Origin: the human T2T-CHM13v2.0 reference genome, Homo sapiens
Direction: 5' to 3' (one strand)
Assembly: GCF_009914755.1 (NCBI RefSeq)
Contig: NC_060927.1
DNA: 64,000 nt
The position numbers and the translations under genes were made by a program. Within the stretch, counting starts at the first letter, position 1. Every line of letters begins with the position of its first letter. The notes beneath the pieces are model-generated. The model was not told the DNA's origin. It saw only the letters and a list, made by a program, of their open reading frames with translations, and did not search any database. Positions 12,471 through 28,522 of this stretch are shown here, one piece after another.

Positions 12471-13950
12471 ATTTCCTATTGTTATTCCTCCTCCATTTAG
12501 TGGAGAATTTGGTTGCAGTGGAGTTTCTTCAGGAATAGTGATTTTAGTGGATTTCTGAAGAAAAGGAGAAAACAGCACTGAAAGAGTGAGTAAACATAAA
12601 ATGTAGGAAACAATTGAAGAATGAAAGTAATTATTTAGACCAGTCTACTTTCTTCAGCTGGTTGTGGGCAAGTACAAACCAAATCCCCGTTAACCACCAA
12701 AAGTGTCCTTACCAGACCAGGGTTACCTGCACTAATTACACAAACACAATGCTTCCTTTCTGCTTCCAGGCAGTGAAGTTTTATTAATGCTACAGAGGGA
12801 ATCTTCCAGAAAGTGCCACATTCAACATCAGCACACCTGCTTTATATGTCCTAAGCTCCAAATGGAGAAAACAAGCAAAAAAAATTGATTTAAATTATGC
12901 AGGTGGAGGGTAATTAAATATTGATATAATAATTAAATTATGCAGGTGTAGGATAGGTTTATGTGAAACTTCTGGAATCACTGCAGGAGTGGTATAGACA
13001 ATGAAAAACCCTGCATGGGGCTCTGAGCTGGAAGACAATGCTCTGAAGTTATGGTTGGACTGGGCAGCCGCTTAACTTTGCATTCATCTGTAGGTACACA
13101 TCTCTCTGGGTGAGTTCATTCAAACCAAGGGCAAGGCTTCCCCCAAATGGCCTCAGTGCATAGAGGAAAAAGCTACTCTTAACAGGCAGTCCTAAGACTT
13201 AAGAGAAAGCAATAGAAATGGAAACTGTGGAGAATCTCCCAGATAATCACGTTTTCATTTAAAACTATAACCTTAAAAACCACCATCACCACCATAACAG
13301 CAATCTCACTATTGTCTCTAAAGTAACAATAATTATTTCAGAGCCAGAAAGAAACGGCTCTGAAATGAACAAATGGTTAAGAGAAGAGCGCGAGGAATGG
13401 TTTGAGGGGCTGTGAGGGGAGCCATCCAGGTCTGGACCAAAAATGGGTTTGTAGACAGTGTCAGGGATAGGCAGACGCATGATAGCTAGTTTGTTGGAGG
13501 AAAATTCTAGTTCTGAGGCAGTGAATTTTTATGTTTGACCATTTTGTCACTTGTGTCACTAAAAAGGAATGGGCCAGATGGTGGTCGCTAGTATGTTTTC
13601 CACAGTGTGGCGTCTGCAAAGGGGTTTACCCTAGTTGGCCATTAACAATCAGTCTGAACAGCTTAAATGAGAGCCCAGTGTTGAAAGGCAAGAAAGCCAA
13701 ATGTGAAATGCCCTTGAATTTCAAATCTCTGATGAACTTAGATGTTTAGGTTTAAAAGCCACAGTTTTTAGGCAATGGAGAAGATGGCAACTTCAAGTAT
13801 CTGTTTAAATAAGCCATTTTTTTTTTCTGTGTCTTCTTTCTCTTCATAAAATGAAATAAATCATGGTTAAGCCAAAGACTTCTGATGTGTTGGCATTCAA
13901 CATTTTGACTTTGGTTTTTTGAGTTTTGACTTTTTAATGTTAGTCTAGAG

Positions 13951-14175
13951 CAACCTGGTCCAGCCTGCGACCCAGGGACCACATGTGGCCCAGGACGGCT
14001 TTGAATGGGGCCCAACACAAATTCGTAAAATTTCTTAAAACATTGAGAGTTTTTTTTTTTGTGGCTTGTTTTTTAAGCTCATCAGCTAGTGTTAGTGTAT
14101 TTTATGTGTGGCCCAAGATGATTCTTCTTCTTCTTCCAGTGTGGCCCAAGGAAGCCAAAAGACTAGACAACCCTG
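13951..14175. mobile_element. MER30 hAT-Charlie MITE with perfect 8-bp TSD GTCTAGAG
   Basis: GGCCCAGGACGGCTTTGAATGGGGCCCAACACAAATTCGTAAA; TSD copies at 13943-13950 and 14176-14183. Confidence 0.9.
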
Positions 14176-14184
14176 GTCTAGAGG

Positions 14185-14355
14185 CTCTCAATTTAAGTGA
14201 GTTTCAGAACCAGCTGTGGTGCTTGTTAAAAAACAGATTGCTGGGCCCCAGCCCTAGGATTTCTTATTTAGTAAAAATTTGCATTTCTAACAAGTTCCAG
14301 CGATGCCTCTGCTGCTAATATGGGAACCACACACACTATGAAGACCACTGTTCTA
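14185..14355. mobile_element. MER5A-like MITE
   Basis: CAGATTGCTGGGCCCCAGCCC...TTTGCATTTCTAACAAGTTCCAG. Confidence 0.7.
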
Positions 14356-14547
14356 AAACATTTTCTGGTTCAATTGAGCTCTTATTATTCTTTTTAAGCC
14401 ATAAGTTTTTTTTTCCCTGATGAAAGCCATAAACCTTTTTCTCAGAAAAAAAAAAAAGCACAGGTAAACAGACACTTGTACTTTCAAGGGATTTATCTCT
14501 AGGGGATTCCAAGAATCTTTGCATAAAAGCCCCTGTCCTGTCTAGAG

Positions 14548-14772
14548 CAGGGGTTAGCAAATTTGTTTTATAAAGGTCCAAATAGCAAATATTTAGGCTT
14601 TATGGGCCATTAGGCCTCTGCTATGACTGTAGTACTCAATTCTGACATAGTAATGGAAAGCAGCCATAGACAACACATAAATGAATGGGCATGGTTGTGT
14701 TCCCAAAAACTTTATTAACAAAACAAGGTGGTGGGCAGTATTTGGCCCATGGGTGTAGTTTGCTAACTCCTG
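14548..14772. mobile_element. MER58A hAT-Charlie MITE with TSD GTCTAGAG/GTCTACAG
   Basis: TIRs CAGGGGTTAGCAAA...TTTGCTAACTCCTG; internal GAAAGCAGCCATAGACAA...AAATGAATGGGCATGG. Confidence 0.9.
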
Positions 14773-14789
14773 GTCTACAGCATGGATTT

Positions 14790-14960
14790 CAGAATCAGAT
14801 ATACCTGGGTTATTAGCTGTGCAACCTTGGGGTCAACCCGTAACCTATTTAAGCTTTGTTTTCCTTGTCTGTAAAATGAGGTGTAATGATTCTTGCTATG
14901 AAGTGTTGTGTTGAGAATTAATGGAGATATCAACCCAAAATTCCTGGCATTTCGCTTAAA
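14790..14960 (+). mobile_element. MIR SINE
   Basis: ATTAGCTGTGCAACCTTGGG...TTTCCTTGTCTGTAAAATGAGG. Confidence 0.7.
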
Positions 14961-15189
14961 TAACATTATTTTGATACTTAATAATAGTAAATAAATAAAT
15001 GCTAATGTGAAAGCCCTTTATGGGTCACACAAGATATGAGCCATACAACTTTAATTATTGTTACGATTATTAAGAAGAGGGGGTACATGAGAATTACCCA
15101 AGTAGAAATGAAAAACTGGGAATGTGGCATTTTGTTCTAGAATTGTGAAATAAGAGTGATGGATGTCCAGTGAGGTCCTTTGTATCCTA

Positions 15190-15562
15190 GCCAGCGTCTT
15201 TCTTTTCAAACCCATCCTGCCCACAATACCACTGACACCTGAGCTCCTCCTAGATCCACATGCTTTTTAGATAAACTTTTTTTTCCTTGGAATGTTTTTT
15301 CTTCCCTGAAACCCATTTTCCAGGCCTCTGTGTAGGTGTCATTTCTCAGAAAGTAGGTCATACGGGACCCTGTTCTTTTCTCTTGTGGCACTCATTAGAC
15401 TTTGTACCTATTTATTTGCTTGAGTTCTGAATGTCTTCCCCATTAGAACTGTAGGCCCCTCAAGGTCTGGACCATGTTTGTTTTGGTGATCACTAGGTAT
15501 CTGGAGTTTAGCACTGGGCTCTGCACTTAGTAGATGCTCAATTAATATTTAATGAATGAATT
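15190..15562. mobile_element. L2 LINE 3' fragment
   Basis: L2 tail GCACTTAGTAGATGCTCAATTAATATTTAATGAATGAAT. Confidence 0.65.
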
Positions 15563-16429
15563 AACCAACTTTACCTAAGGCCATTCTTGGCTCAAAGCAA
15601 AATAATGACACTTTGCCTTTGGTGTCATCTATCAGTGCTCCTGTCCCTAGGTAGCAGTGGGAAGGTGGGGGTGTGTAGGCAAGGAGCCTTCCTTCAAAGG
15701 TGGCTCTGGGATGTCTACTGCCTTTTGCTGTGTTTCATGATCAAGTTTCTCACCATAAACTTAGCTCTTTGGGACCGCTCCCACCTGTTATATCATAAAG
15801 CCATATGTCGAACCCATTCCATGCAATGGCAACAGACATGGGCTTAGTGTATACCGTCTCCAAAAGTAGTTGCCATTAATAGGGCACCCTGGCGATGCAA
15901 AGCCTCAACACCAGAGTGTAGCCCCCTAATGGTGGTCTTCTGGGCTGAGGCACATGAACGGGTGGAATCATTTCTGGAGAGGATCCATGTCTGGAATCCA
16001 TCAAATCACAGCCCAGTGCAGGCTGTCTGCCCTAAGCAGCATCAGGGTAAATGTTTGGATCTGAGAGAGGCATTTGTTGTTTCTGTAGGAAAATCACATC
16101 TAATTCCCCAAACACATTGATATAAAATATATTTTGTAAGGGACAATAATTCAGTAGCTGCTTTAAAAAAAAACCCTGCCTAATGATTTAAGCTCTTAAT
16201 CCTATTTATGGTGGAGAAAGAGAATGGTACAAAGAGTAATCATAGCTAACAAATGGCTGCATGTCTATTGGTGAACTCATGAGCTCCTCAACCGACTGGG
16301 ATTGAGTAGGACCAAGATCCTTTATAAAGGGAAATAAGCTTAAAAATTAGTCACTGACAGAGAATGGAGGAGCATAGCAAGAGATCTTGGTTGGCCATGT
16401 CCCATGTCCTAGATCCAAGCCTGATATCA

Positions 16430-16933
16430 GCCGTAGCATTGATGAATAGCGCTGTGCACGCTGACAGGCGCCTCCGTAAGTTCTATGCAGGCTTCCACCC
16501 ACTTCTGTGCCTGACAGAGTTCTTTAAGGCTGTAGAAGCTCATTCAGCCAGTACATACAGACAGAGGAAAGGGAGGGGAGTTAACATCCCAGGGGCAACC
16601 CTCGACCAACAAGGTATGGGAGCTAGTGCACATATGCTCCAGCCTTCTGTGCTTTGAACAGATGATTCTGGGAGGCATTTTGCATGTTTCTCAGAGGTCC
16701 TAGAGGAGTTGAGCCCTTACTGGCTGCAGCAGGGACCTCAGTAACCCACTTTAAGGAGTTTTCCTTTTCCCAGTCTCACTCTCTTCATTCCTTCACTCCT
16801 GTTTCCTGTTTGTTTGTTTATTTAGTTGGGTTGTTTTTTTTATGATGATGATGATGGGGCACCTCTCATATAAACTACCTGCCCTCAAGTTTTTTTCTTG
16901 CCCTCAGCTTTTGGAAAAACCTGAGCTAAGACA
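16430..16933 (+). mobile_element. LTR16C-like ERVL LTR
   Basis: GGGGAGTTAACATCCCAGGGGCAACCCTCGACCAA...AAACTACCTGCCCTCAAG...AACCTGAGCTAAGACA. Confidence 0.7.
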
Positions 16934-17099
16934 AAGGGTACATATAGTGGGGATGCAATGATTTTTAAGTACTTTTACATAAAGAATGATGATTTGCTAT
17001 TTTTTTCCATTGAAGACAAAGGCAAAGAAAAATGGCCTTGAACTGAAACGTGGGAATTAGAAGACATAGGCATCCATTTCCTTGGAAAGAAGGCTCTGG

Positions 17100-17245
17100 G
17101 CCAGCACTATCCAATGTGGTAGCCACCAGCCCCTTGTGGCTATTGAGCACATCAATGTGGCTATGTGACTAAGGCACTAAATTTTAATTTTAATTAACTG
17201 AAATAGCTACATATGACTAGTGGCTACTGTAATGGACAGCACAGC
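17100..17245. mobile_element. MER3 hAT-Charlie MITE
   Basis: TCCAATGTGGTAGCCACCAGCC...GTGGCTATTGAGCAC...CTAGTGGCTACTGTAATGGACAGCACAG. Confidence 0.8.
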
Positions 17246-17289
17246 TTTAGACATCAGAAACAATCTCCTTCTGAAGGTTTAAAAAATGA

Positions 17290-17740
17290 TGTTTGTGGCT
17301 GATGGCAACTCATTCCTTACCTAGTATTTACTCTTCTTTCTAGCAGAATCCTGATTTTATTTGGTGTGTTATTATGTCCAGTTAACAAACACAAGCAAAA
17401 TCTGACTTCTCAGACAGCTATGGGTGGTCATGGGAGCTTCCCATCCCATGTGGAAGACAATGCCTGGAGCAGAGAAGGCATCTTGCTCTTTGCTTTCTCC
17501 TTATCTCTTTTCTTCCTGCTTGATCATATGTCATGCTTGGAGATGCAGCAGTCATCTTACCATCAGTAAGAAGAAAGCTGCATGTTAAGAATTGTGGAGC
17601 TGTAAGATGGAAGAAGCTTGAATCCTAGGGCCTTCCTTGATTTGCTGCATCTGCCCTGGCCTCCCTACTTTTGGACTCAGTGATGAGTTAGACAAATAAA
17701 ACTCTAACCATTGGTACTTGCGTCAGAATGTATTATGACT
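17290..17740 (+). mobile_element. MLT1J-like MaLR LTR
   Basis: GGAGATGCAGCAGTCATCTTACCATCA...AAGATGGAAGAAGCTTGAATCC. Confidence 0.55.
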
Positions 17741-20700
17741 AGCATAGATTATTTTGGACAGGTTCTGGTTGAAGGTGGGTTAACACTGCCATGTTAAGGT
17801 TACATATTGGGTTCAGAGGTAGTGAAACTGATTGAAAAATTCTGCATGAGTATTGCTTAGGAAACTTGGAAAATGAATATAGGTTACAGCTATAAACTAG
17901 AAAATGTGTCTTCTCTAGGTATTTACTTTCAAAATACCAACTATTAGATGCTGATAGAAGCACCTTGGAATAATATAGGGCATTTCCTCCTAAAGATTTA
18001 TTTGCTGTCTCTAGATGGCTGAAAACATTTACTCTCAGAGAGTGAAAGACAGATTGGCACTGGTGGGGCTGGAGGCCTCTGGGTGGGGCTAACATACTAC
18101 ATACTCTTGACACAGAACAGGCCCTAGGTCAGGAGATAACCAAAGCAGGATTTGGCATTGAACAGATAATCTTATACCCATTTCACCTCTAATTGTGATA
18201 GATAGCCTTGCCAAAAAGTTCCATAGCTACCTTGTAATCCATTGCCAAGTATTTGGTGAATATTTGGGGGACCAAGTCTATTTCTTCCTACCATATGGAT
18301 CATAAACTAACCTCGATACACACACTTCTGTCACAGAAAAAAGATATTTCACTCTCCCAGGCTTTCATTGAATAAAGAGATTTTTGAACTGAGCTCCTTA
18401 AAATATCAATGCTCCACATTACTCCCCAGATACAGATATAAATCTTTATAATGGTGCACTTTACAAGCAGCACTCTGGAGTCTTTTCTGATTGGTAATCA
18501 CAGTGTTTCCTTATTAATACTGTAAAAAATGTAAAAGGCATAAACATTTTGCAATCTCTCTGTTCTTTCTGTGTGGGCATACATCAGGGGCTGCTTTAAG
18601 CATTCCTAATGGCTCACCCATCACATTTTTTATGAGTTTATATGGGAAGAAAATTGTACCAGAAAACTGAATTCAATGACTGCCATTCTATGAATAAATT
18701 CTGTTATCTTTGATACTCTGGGTATAATAAAAACATACAAAAGTTAAATTTCAGCATCCTTGCAGAGTTATGTCAACTGTTTTTAATGTCAATAAGACAC
18801 TGCTGTTTCAACCAATGTCTTTTCCCTCCAAAAAATACTGCTTGATTTTCAGGTTATGTTTTCATTAAAACAACTTGTTTTTAACAGCAAGATGCTGTGT
18901 ATGTTTGCTAATTTATGTATACTACAAAGTCTGATCAAAATGAAGAGTTATAATTTTAAGACATGGAGCTCAGTAAAAATTCATCTTTACTTTGGATGAA
19001 AGATTACAATAAAAGTCAGGTGTCCATAAAATGTGTTTTATGTAAGTTAGACCAGAAAATATCTTGGTAGAGTAACTTTGATCAAGCAAATTATTATATA
19101 TTTTTGTATTTACATACATCTCCCCCTGTGATTAGAGGAGATATTTTATACTGTATGCTATAGGTATATTCTATAAGAGTTTTTTCCTTATGATCATCTA
19201 TGAGTTTTTTTTTTTTCAAAAACTGCAGTCATCTAAATACTTTAAAACAAGAGTAGATTCTCCTAAACTATCCAATTTACACATTTGCAAATTAATTCAA
19301 GGCATTTCCTTTATATGATAACAAACTCTGGTTTCCTTATTATATATGGGCAGCCTGAAGCTCAGAGAGTTCCCTCAAAGTATTGACCTACAGATAGCTG
19401 CCCATCCGAAGGTCTATCATTTTCTTTTTGGGAGAATTTTTACCTCCAAACTGTCCAACTTGTCTAAGCATCCATTTTCTTATTAATGGCCTAGCTGCCA
19501 AGACACAGGAAAACTGAAATGAAAATTCCTAAAATATTCGGGACTTTCAGAGCTCTGAAAACCCTCTGCTGCTTGGACTCCCATTCACCTAGAACACCCT
19601 AATGGACCAAACATATAGGCTATAAACCAAAGAAAATATCCAAGTGTTTGCTAGCGACATGGACCCATCCTCTAGGTTTGTGTGTTCCTCCAGACTTGTT
19701 CATGATATTTGGGAACACAGGGTTCCTGCACTCTTTTAAGCTTTGTCTCAGGGGAGGGTTCTGCTGTATTGCCTGGCCTCAGGCCATCTTCAGCCCCTCA
19801 GCAAATAGGGAAAGGAGAAAATGAATTTTGGGCAAAAGTACATTTAGAGGTATGTAAACAAAATTTATTTCTAAATCTAGTAGAGTCTAATTTATTTTTC
19901 CTCTCTTTTCTGGAAATAAGCAGGTAATTGAAATAAAAATGTCTCCTTGGCCTAAATATGTGTCAAATGACCTCAATTCTCTATTTGCCTACAGAGATAC
20001 CTTCCGATTTTGCCACAAGCACAGGTTTCCCAGAAACATGAAACTCATAGAAAAGAAAAGCAGGCTTCAGGTACAGGCCCATGGGGAGGGCTGTGGGGTC
20101 TCATTCGACCTACCCTAACTTCTTTTAGGGCGTTGACTGGTTTATTTTCATGATGGGGCTAAAATATCTTTTCCGGAGCTACCAGGCCAGATGACTCCAC
20201 CTGAGAAAATGAGTGTTTTGTTTTCTTTTTAAAGTGTACATGAAGATGCTTATTTGTGAAGAAGCTTCCAGAGTTGGCATCCTTGGAGGTTAATCCTGAT
20301 TAATAGGTGCTTAGCTATATAATTTTGGCTCTTACCTGAGGTTGAGGTTCTGGCCTGTAGCCACTCTGCAATTATCACCAAGTCTCAGGGCACACCTTGT
20401 GGGCATCCCCATATGTCTCAACTGGATGGAATAAACAACACCTTATAACCAGGAAATACCCATCAAGCACCTCATTTTGCAGAATTTCATGATCCCCTTT
20501 CTCATTTTCCCATGCTCCTTGGTACTATGAAGAGGCTTTTTTTTAAAAAAAAAAAAAAAATGATATTTGCTAAGGTTTGTCCTTGCTCCGGGGTGATTGT
20601 CAGCATTAAGAAGGCAAAATTCATAATCGCTTCAGTATTTCCACCCTGGAGAAGTTAAGCCAATGTGTCATTAAAGTGCTCACACTTAGACACACATAGG

Positions 20701-22015
20701 GCAAATTGGGACTGGACTGTGGCTAATTTCTTCAGAGTTATGTCTTTATTATTTTAATTCCATAAGTAGGAAAAACTCTCTACAATGTCTACACAAGCTT
20801 TTGGAAATTTGTCTATCTGGCATTCTCTTTAGATGCAAAACCAGTGACAGTTTGATGCCTAAGGGTAAGAACAATGAGAACTTTCAAGATAGCAGCAGTT
20901 ATGAACTTCACTCTTTATCTTTTTTTGCCACTTCATGTACAAGTTCCAGGCTTGCACAGGCTGGGGTTGAGAAGGATGACCACTCAAGGCACTAAACTGC
21001 TGCCTCAGATTTGAATGAAATGTTTTCAAAGCCACCCAGAGAACTTTCTTCCATGGCTTCTGCATGTTTTGGAAATCTGATAATGCTGTGACTAGAAAGG
21101 AATCCTGATTTCTGTGACTAGAAAGGTATCCTGGGATACCACAGTGCCGCATTTCCTCAGTCCTCAAGAGGCCTCCTATCACTCTGCTATAGTTAAAGAA
21201 TAGAAAACTTCTTTAATATTATTTCAACATGCTTCTCCTGGGTCTGCAGCTTATTTATCAGATGGGCTTCAAGATTCCACTCTCCCTAAGATCTCTCATA
21301 TTGTAAGGCTTTGTAGTGGCTGAGAAAGGGACAGAAATCTTTCCAGTCAAGAGCTGACTTAGACTTCCACTGAATTCCAGGTTTCTAATTGTACAGCTAT
21401 GAGGAACTACCAGAAACTCCTGACTGCCCATATCTAAAGGGTCAGCACAGATTTAGAGGGTTAATTCTTCAAACATCTTTAAGCCAAGACTACTGGCACG
21501 TTCATTTAACCTGGCTTTCCCCAAATAACAGATGGTTTTAGGAACAGAATTTGTAAAGTATGCTCAAAATTTTTTTTTGGCGGGGAGGGAGAAGCTACAT
21601 AAATTCGTGCCAAAGATCTTATAGTACTTTTGAAACTCTCTTTCATTCTTTTTGTTACTCCTAAAACATGGGGAAAGAGTATTTATTTGTGGGCATGGAA
21701 GAGGAAGCACCCCAAAAGTTGGGCTTTTAAAAGTCATAGTAGTTAAATAGGAAGGGGGAAAATGTATGAAAAGTGCCATGTAACATTCAACCAATATTTA
21801 TTTTTTCTTTTTTTATTATACTTTAAGTTTTAGGATACATGTGCACAACGTGCAGGTTAGTTACATATGTATACATGTGACATGTTGGTGTGCTGCACCC
21901 ATTAACTCGTCATTTAACAGGTATATCTCCCAATGCTATCCCTCCCCCTCCCCCAACCCCACAACAGTCCCCGGAGTGTGATGTTCCCCGTTCTGTGTCC
22001 ATGTGTTCTTACTGT

Positions 22016-25837
<3,822 letters not shown>

Positions 25838-25900
25838 TATAATGTTAGCTGGTTATTTTGCTCATTAGTTGATGCAGTTTCTTCCTAGCCTTGATGGTCT

Positions 25901-26914
25901 TTACAATTTGGCATGTTTTTGCAGTGGCTGGTACTGGTTGTTCCTTTCCAAGTTTAGTGCTTCCTCCAGAAGCTCTTTTAGGGCAGGCCTGGTGGTGACA
26001 AACTCTCTCAGCATTTGCTTGTCTGTAAAGTATTTTATTTCTCCTTCACTTATGAAGCTTAGTTTGGCTGGATATGAAATTCTGGGTTGAAAATTCTTTT
26101 CTTTAAGAATGTTGAATATTGGCCCCCACTCTCTTCTGGCTTGTAGAGTTTCTGCCGAGAGATCAGCTGTTAGTCTGATGGGCTTCCCTTTGAGGGTAAA
26201 CTGACCTTTTTCTCTGGCTGCCCTTAACATTTTTTCCTCATTTCAACTTTGGTGAATCTGAAAATTATGTGTCTTGGAGTTGCTCTTCTCGAGGAATATC
26301 TTTGTGGCATTCTCTGTATTTCCTGAATTTGAATGTTGGCCTGCCTTGCTAGGTTGGGGAAGTTCTCCTGGATAATATCCTGCAGAGTGTTTTCCAACTT
26401 GGTTCCATTCTCCCCGTCACTTTCAGGTACACCAATCAGATGTAGATTTGTTCTTTTCACATAGTCCCATATTTCTTGGAGGGTTTGTTCATTTCTTTTT
26501 ATTCTTTTTTCGTAAGCTTCTCTTCTCACTTCATTTCATTATTTGATCTTCCATCACTGATACCCCTTCTTCCAGTTGATCGAATCGGCTACTGAGGCTT
26601 GTGCATTCATCACGTAGTTCTCATGCCTTGGTTTTCAGCTCCATCAGGTCCTTTAAGGACTTCCCTGCATTGTTTATTCTAGTTAGCCAATAGTCTAATT
26701 TTTTTTCAAAGTTTTTAACTTCTTTGCCATGGGTTCGAACTTCCTGCTTTAGCTCAGAGTAGTTTGATGGTCTGAAGCTTTCTTTTCTCAACTCGTCAAA
26801 GTCGTTCTCTGTCCAGCTTTGTTCCATTGCTGGTGAGAAGCTGTGTTCCTTTGGAGGAGGAGAGGTGCTCTGATTTTTAGAGTTTCCAGGTTTTCTGCTC
26901 TGTTTTTTCCCCAT
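25901..26914 (-). pseudogene. L1 ORF1 (RNA-binding chaperone), disrupted
   Basis: MGKKQSRK start at 26914; premature stop after ...ELKTKA; frameshift near 26230; C-terminus ...YQPLQKHAKL. Confidence 0.96.
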
Positions 26915-27249
26915 CTTTGTGGTTTTATCTGCCTTTGGTCTTTGATGATGGTGATGTATGATGGGGTTTTGGTGTGGATGTCCTTTCTGTTTGTTAGTTT
27001 TCCTTCTCACAGACAGGACCCTCAGCTGCAGGTCTGTTGGAGTTTGCTGGAGGTCCACTCCAGACCCTGTTTGCCTGGGTATCAGCAGCAGAGGCTGCAA
27101 AACAGCAGATATTGGTGAGCAGCAAATGTTGCTGCCTGATCGTTCCTCTGGAAGTTTTGCCTCAGAGGAGTACCCGGCCATGTGAGGTGTCAGTCTCCCC
27201 CTACTTTGGGATGCCTCCCAGTTAGGCTACTCGGGGGTCAGGGACCCAC

Positions 27250-27700
27250 TTGAGGAGGCAGTCTGTCCATTCTCAGATCTCCAGCTGCATGCTGGGAGAA
27301 CCACTACTCTCTTCAAAGCTGTCAGACAGGCACATTTAAGTCTGCAGAGGATTCTGCTGCCTTTTGTTTGGCTATGCCGTGCCCCCAGAGGTGGAGTCTA
27401 CAGAGGCAGGCATACCTCCTTGAGCTCCAGTGGGCTCCACCCAGTTCGAGCTTCCCAGCCGCTTTCTTTACCTACTCAAGCCTTGGCAATGGCGGGCACC
27501 CCTCGCCGAGCCTCGCTGCTGCCTTGCACTTTGATCTCAGACTGCTGTGCTAGTGGGTGTAGGACCCTCTGAGCCAGGCACGGGATATAAACTCTTGGTG
27601 TGCCGTTTGCTAAGACCATTGGAAAAGCGCAGTATTAGGGTGGGAGTGACCCGATTTTCCAGGTGCCGCCTGTCACCCCTTTCTTTGACTAGGAAAGGGA
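27250..27700 (+). promoter_or_regulatory. L1 5'UTR antisense promoter region with frameshifted ORF0 and splice donor
   Basis: ATG GCG GGC at 27489 gives MAGTPRRASLLPCTLISDCCAS. The C-terminal ORF0 peptide VGVGPSEPG...RVGVTRFSR is in another frame. Donor TCCAG|gtgccg at 27662/27663. Confidence 0.7.
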
Positions 27701-28522
27701 ATTCCCCGAACCCTTGCCCTTCCTGGGTGAGGCGATGCCTTGCCCTGCTTTGGCTCGTGCTCAGTACACTGCACCCACTATCGTGCACCCACTTTCCGAC
27801 ACTCTCCAGTGAGATGAACCCGGTACCTCAGTTGGAAATGCAGAAATCACCCGTCTTCTGCATCGCTCACGCTGGGAGCTGTAGACTGGAGCTGTTCCTA
27901 TTCAGCCATCTTGGCTCCACCTCAACCAGTGTTTGAACCAACATTCAACTCCTGACTGCCCATCTCTGAAGTGTCAGCACAGGTTTAGAGGGTTAATTCT
28001 CCAAACATTTTTAAGTCAAGACTACTGGCATGTTCTTTTTACTTGGCTTTCCCCCAAAGACAGATTTCCCTAATCAATCAATATTTGGTTGAATGCTACA
28101 TGGCACTTTTCATACATTTTCCCCCTTCTTACATAACTCACTAAACCAAAATTAAAAGTTCCATTTAGATTGAGTAACTGAGGCTTAGATAAGTTAAATA
28201 ACTTGTCCAACTTCATGTATCAGCCTCTCATGTTTCTTCCACTAACACTCTGCTCCATTTAAACTTGTTTTTGACAAATCTAGGAAACCTTAGACATTAG
28301 TAGAGTACTTTATATGTAAAGAAAACTTACAGTCCAAAAACAGGTGGCATTTTTTCTCATGTTCTCTTTCTCATTTAGCACCATTGAGAAAGATAGTATA
28401 CAAGTCCTAGAAAAAATATGGGGGGATATGTTCAAGACAACGGGACACAACACTACATATTTATGTCCACTATAATGAATCAATACATCAACCGCAGAAG
28501 AGACCCAACATAAATGTTAATA

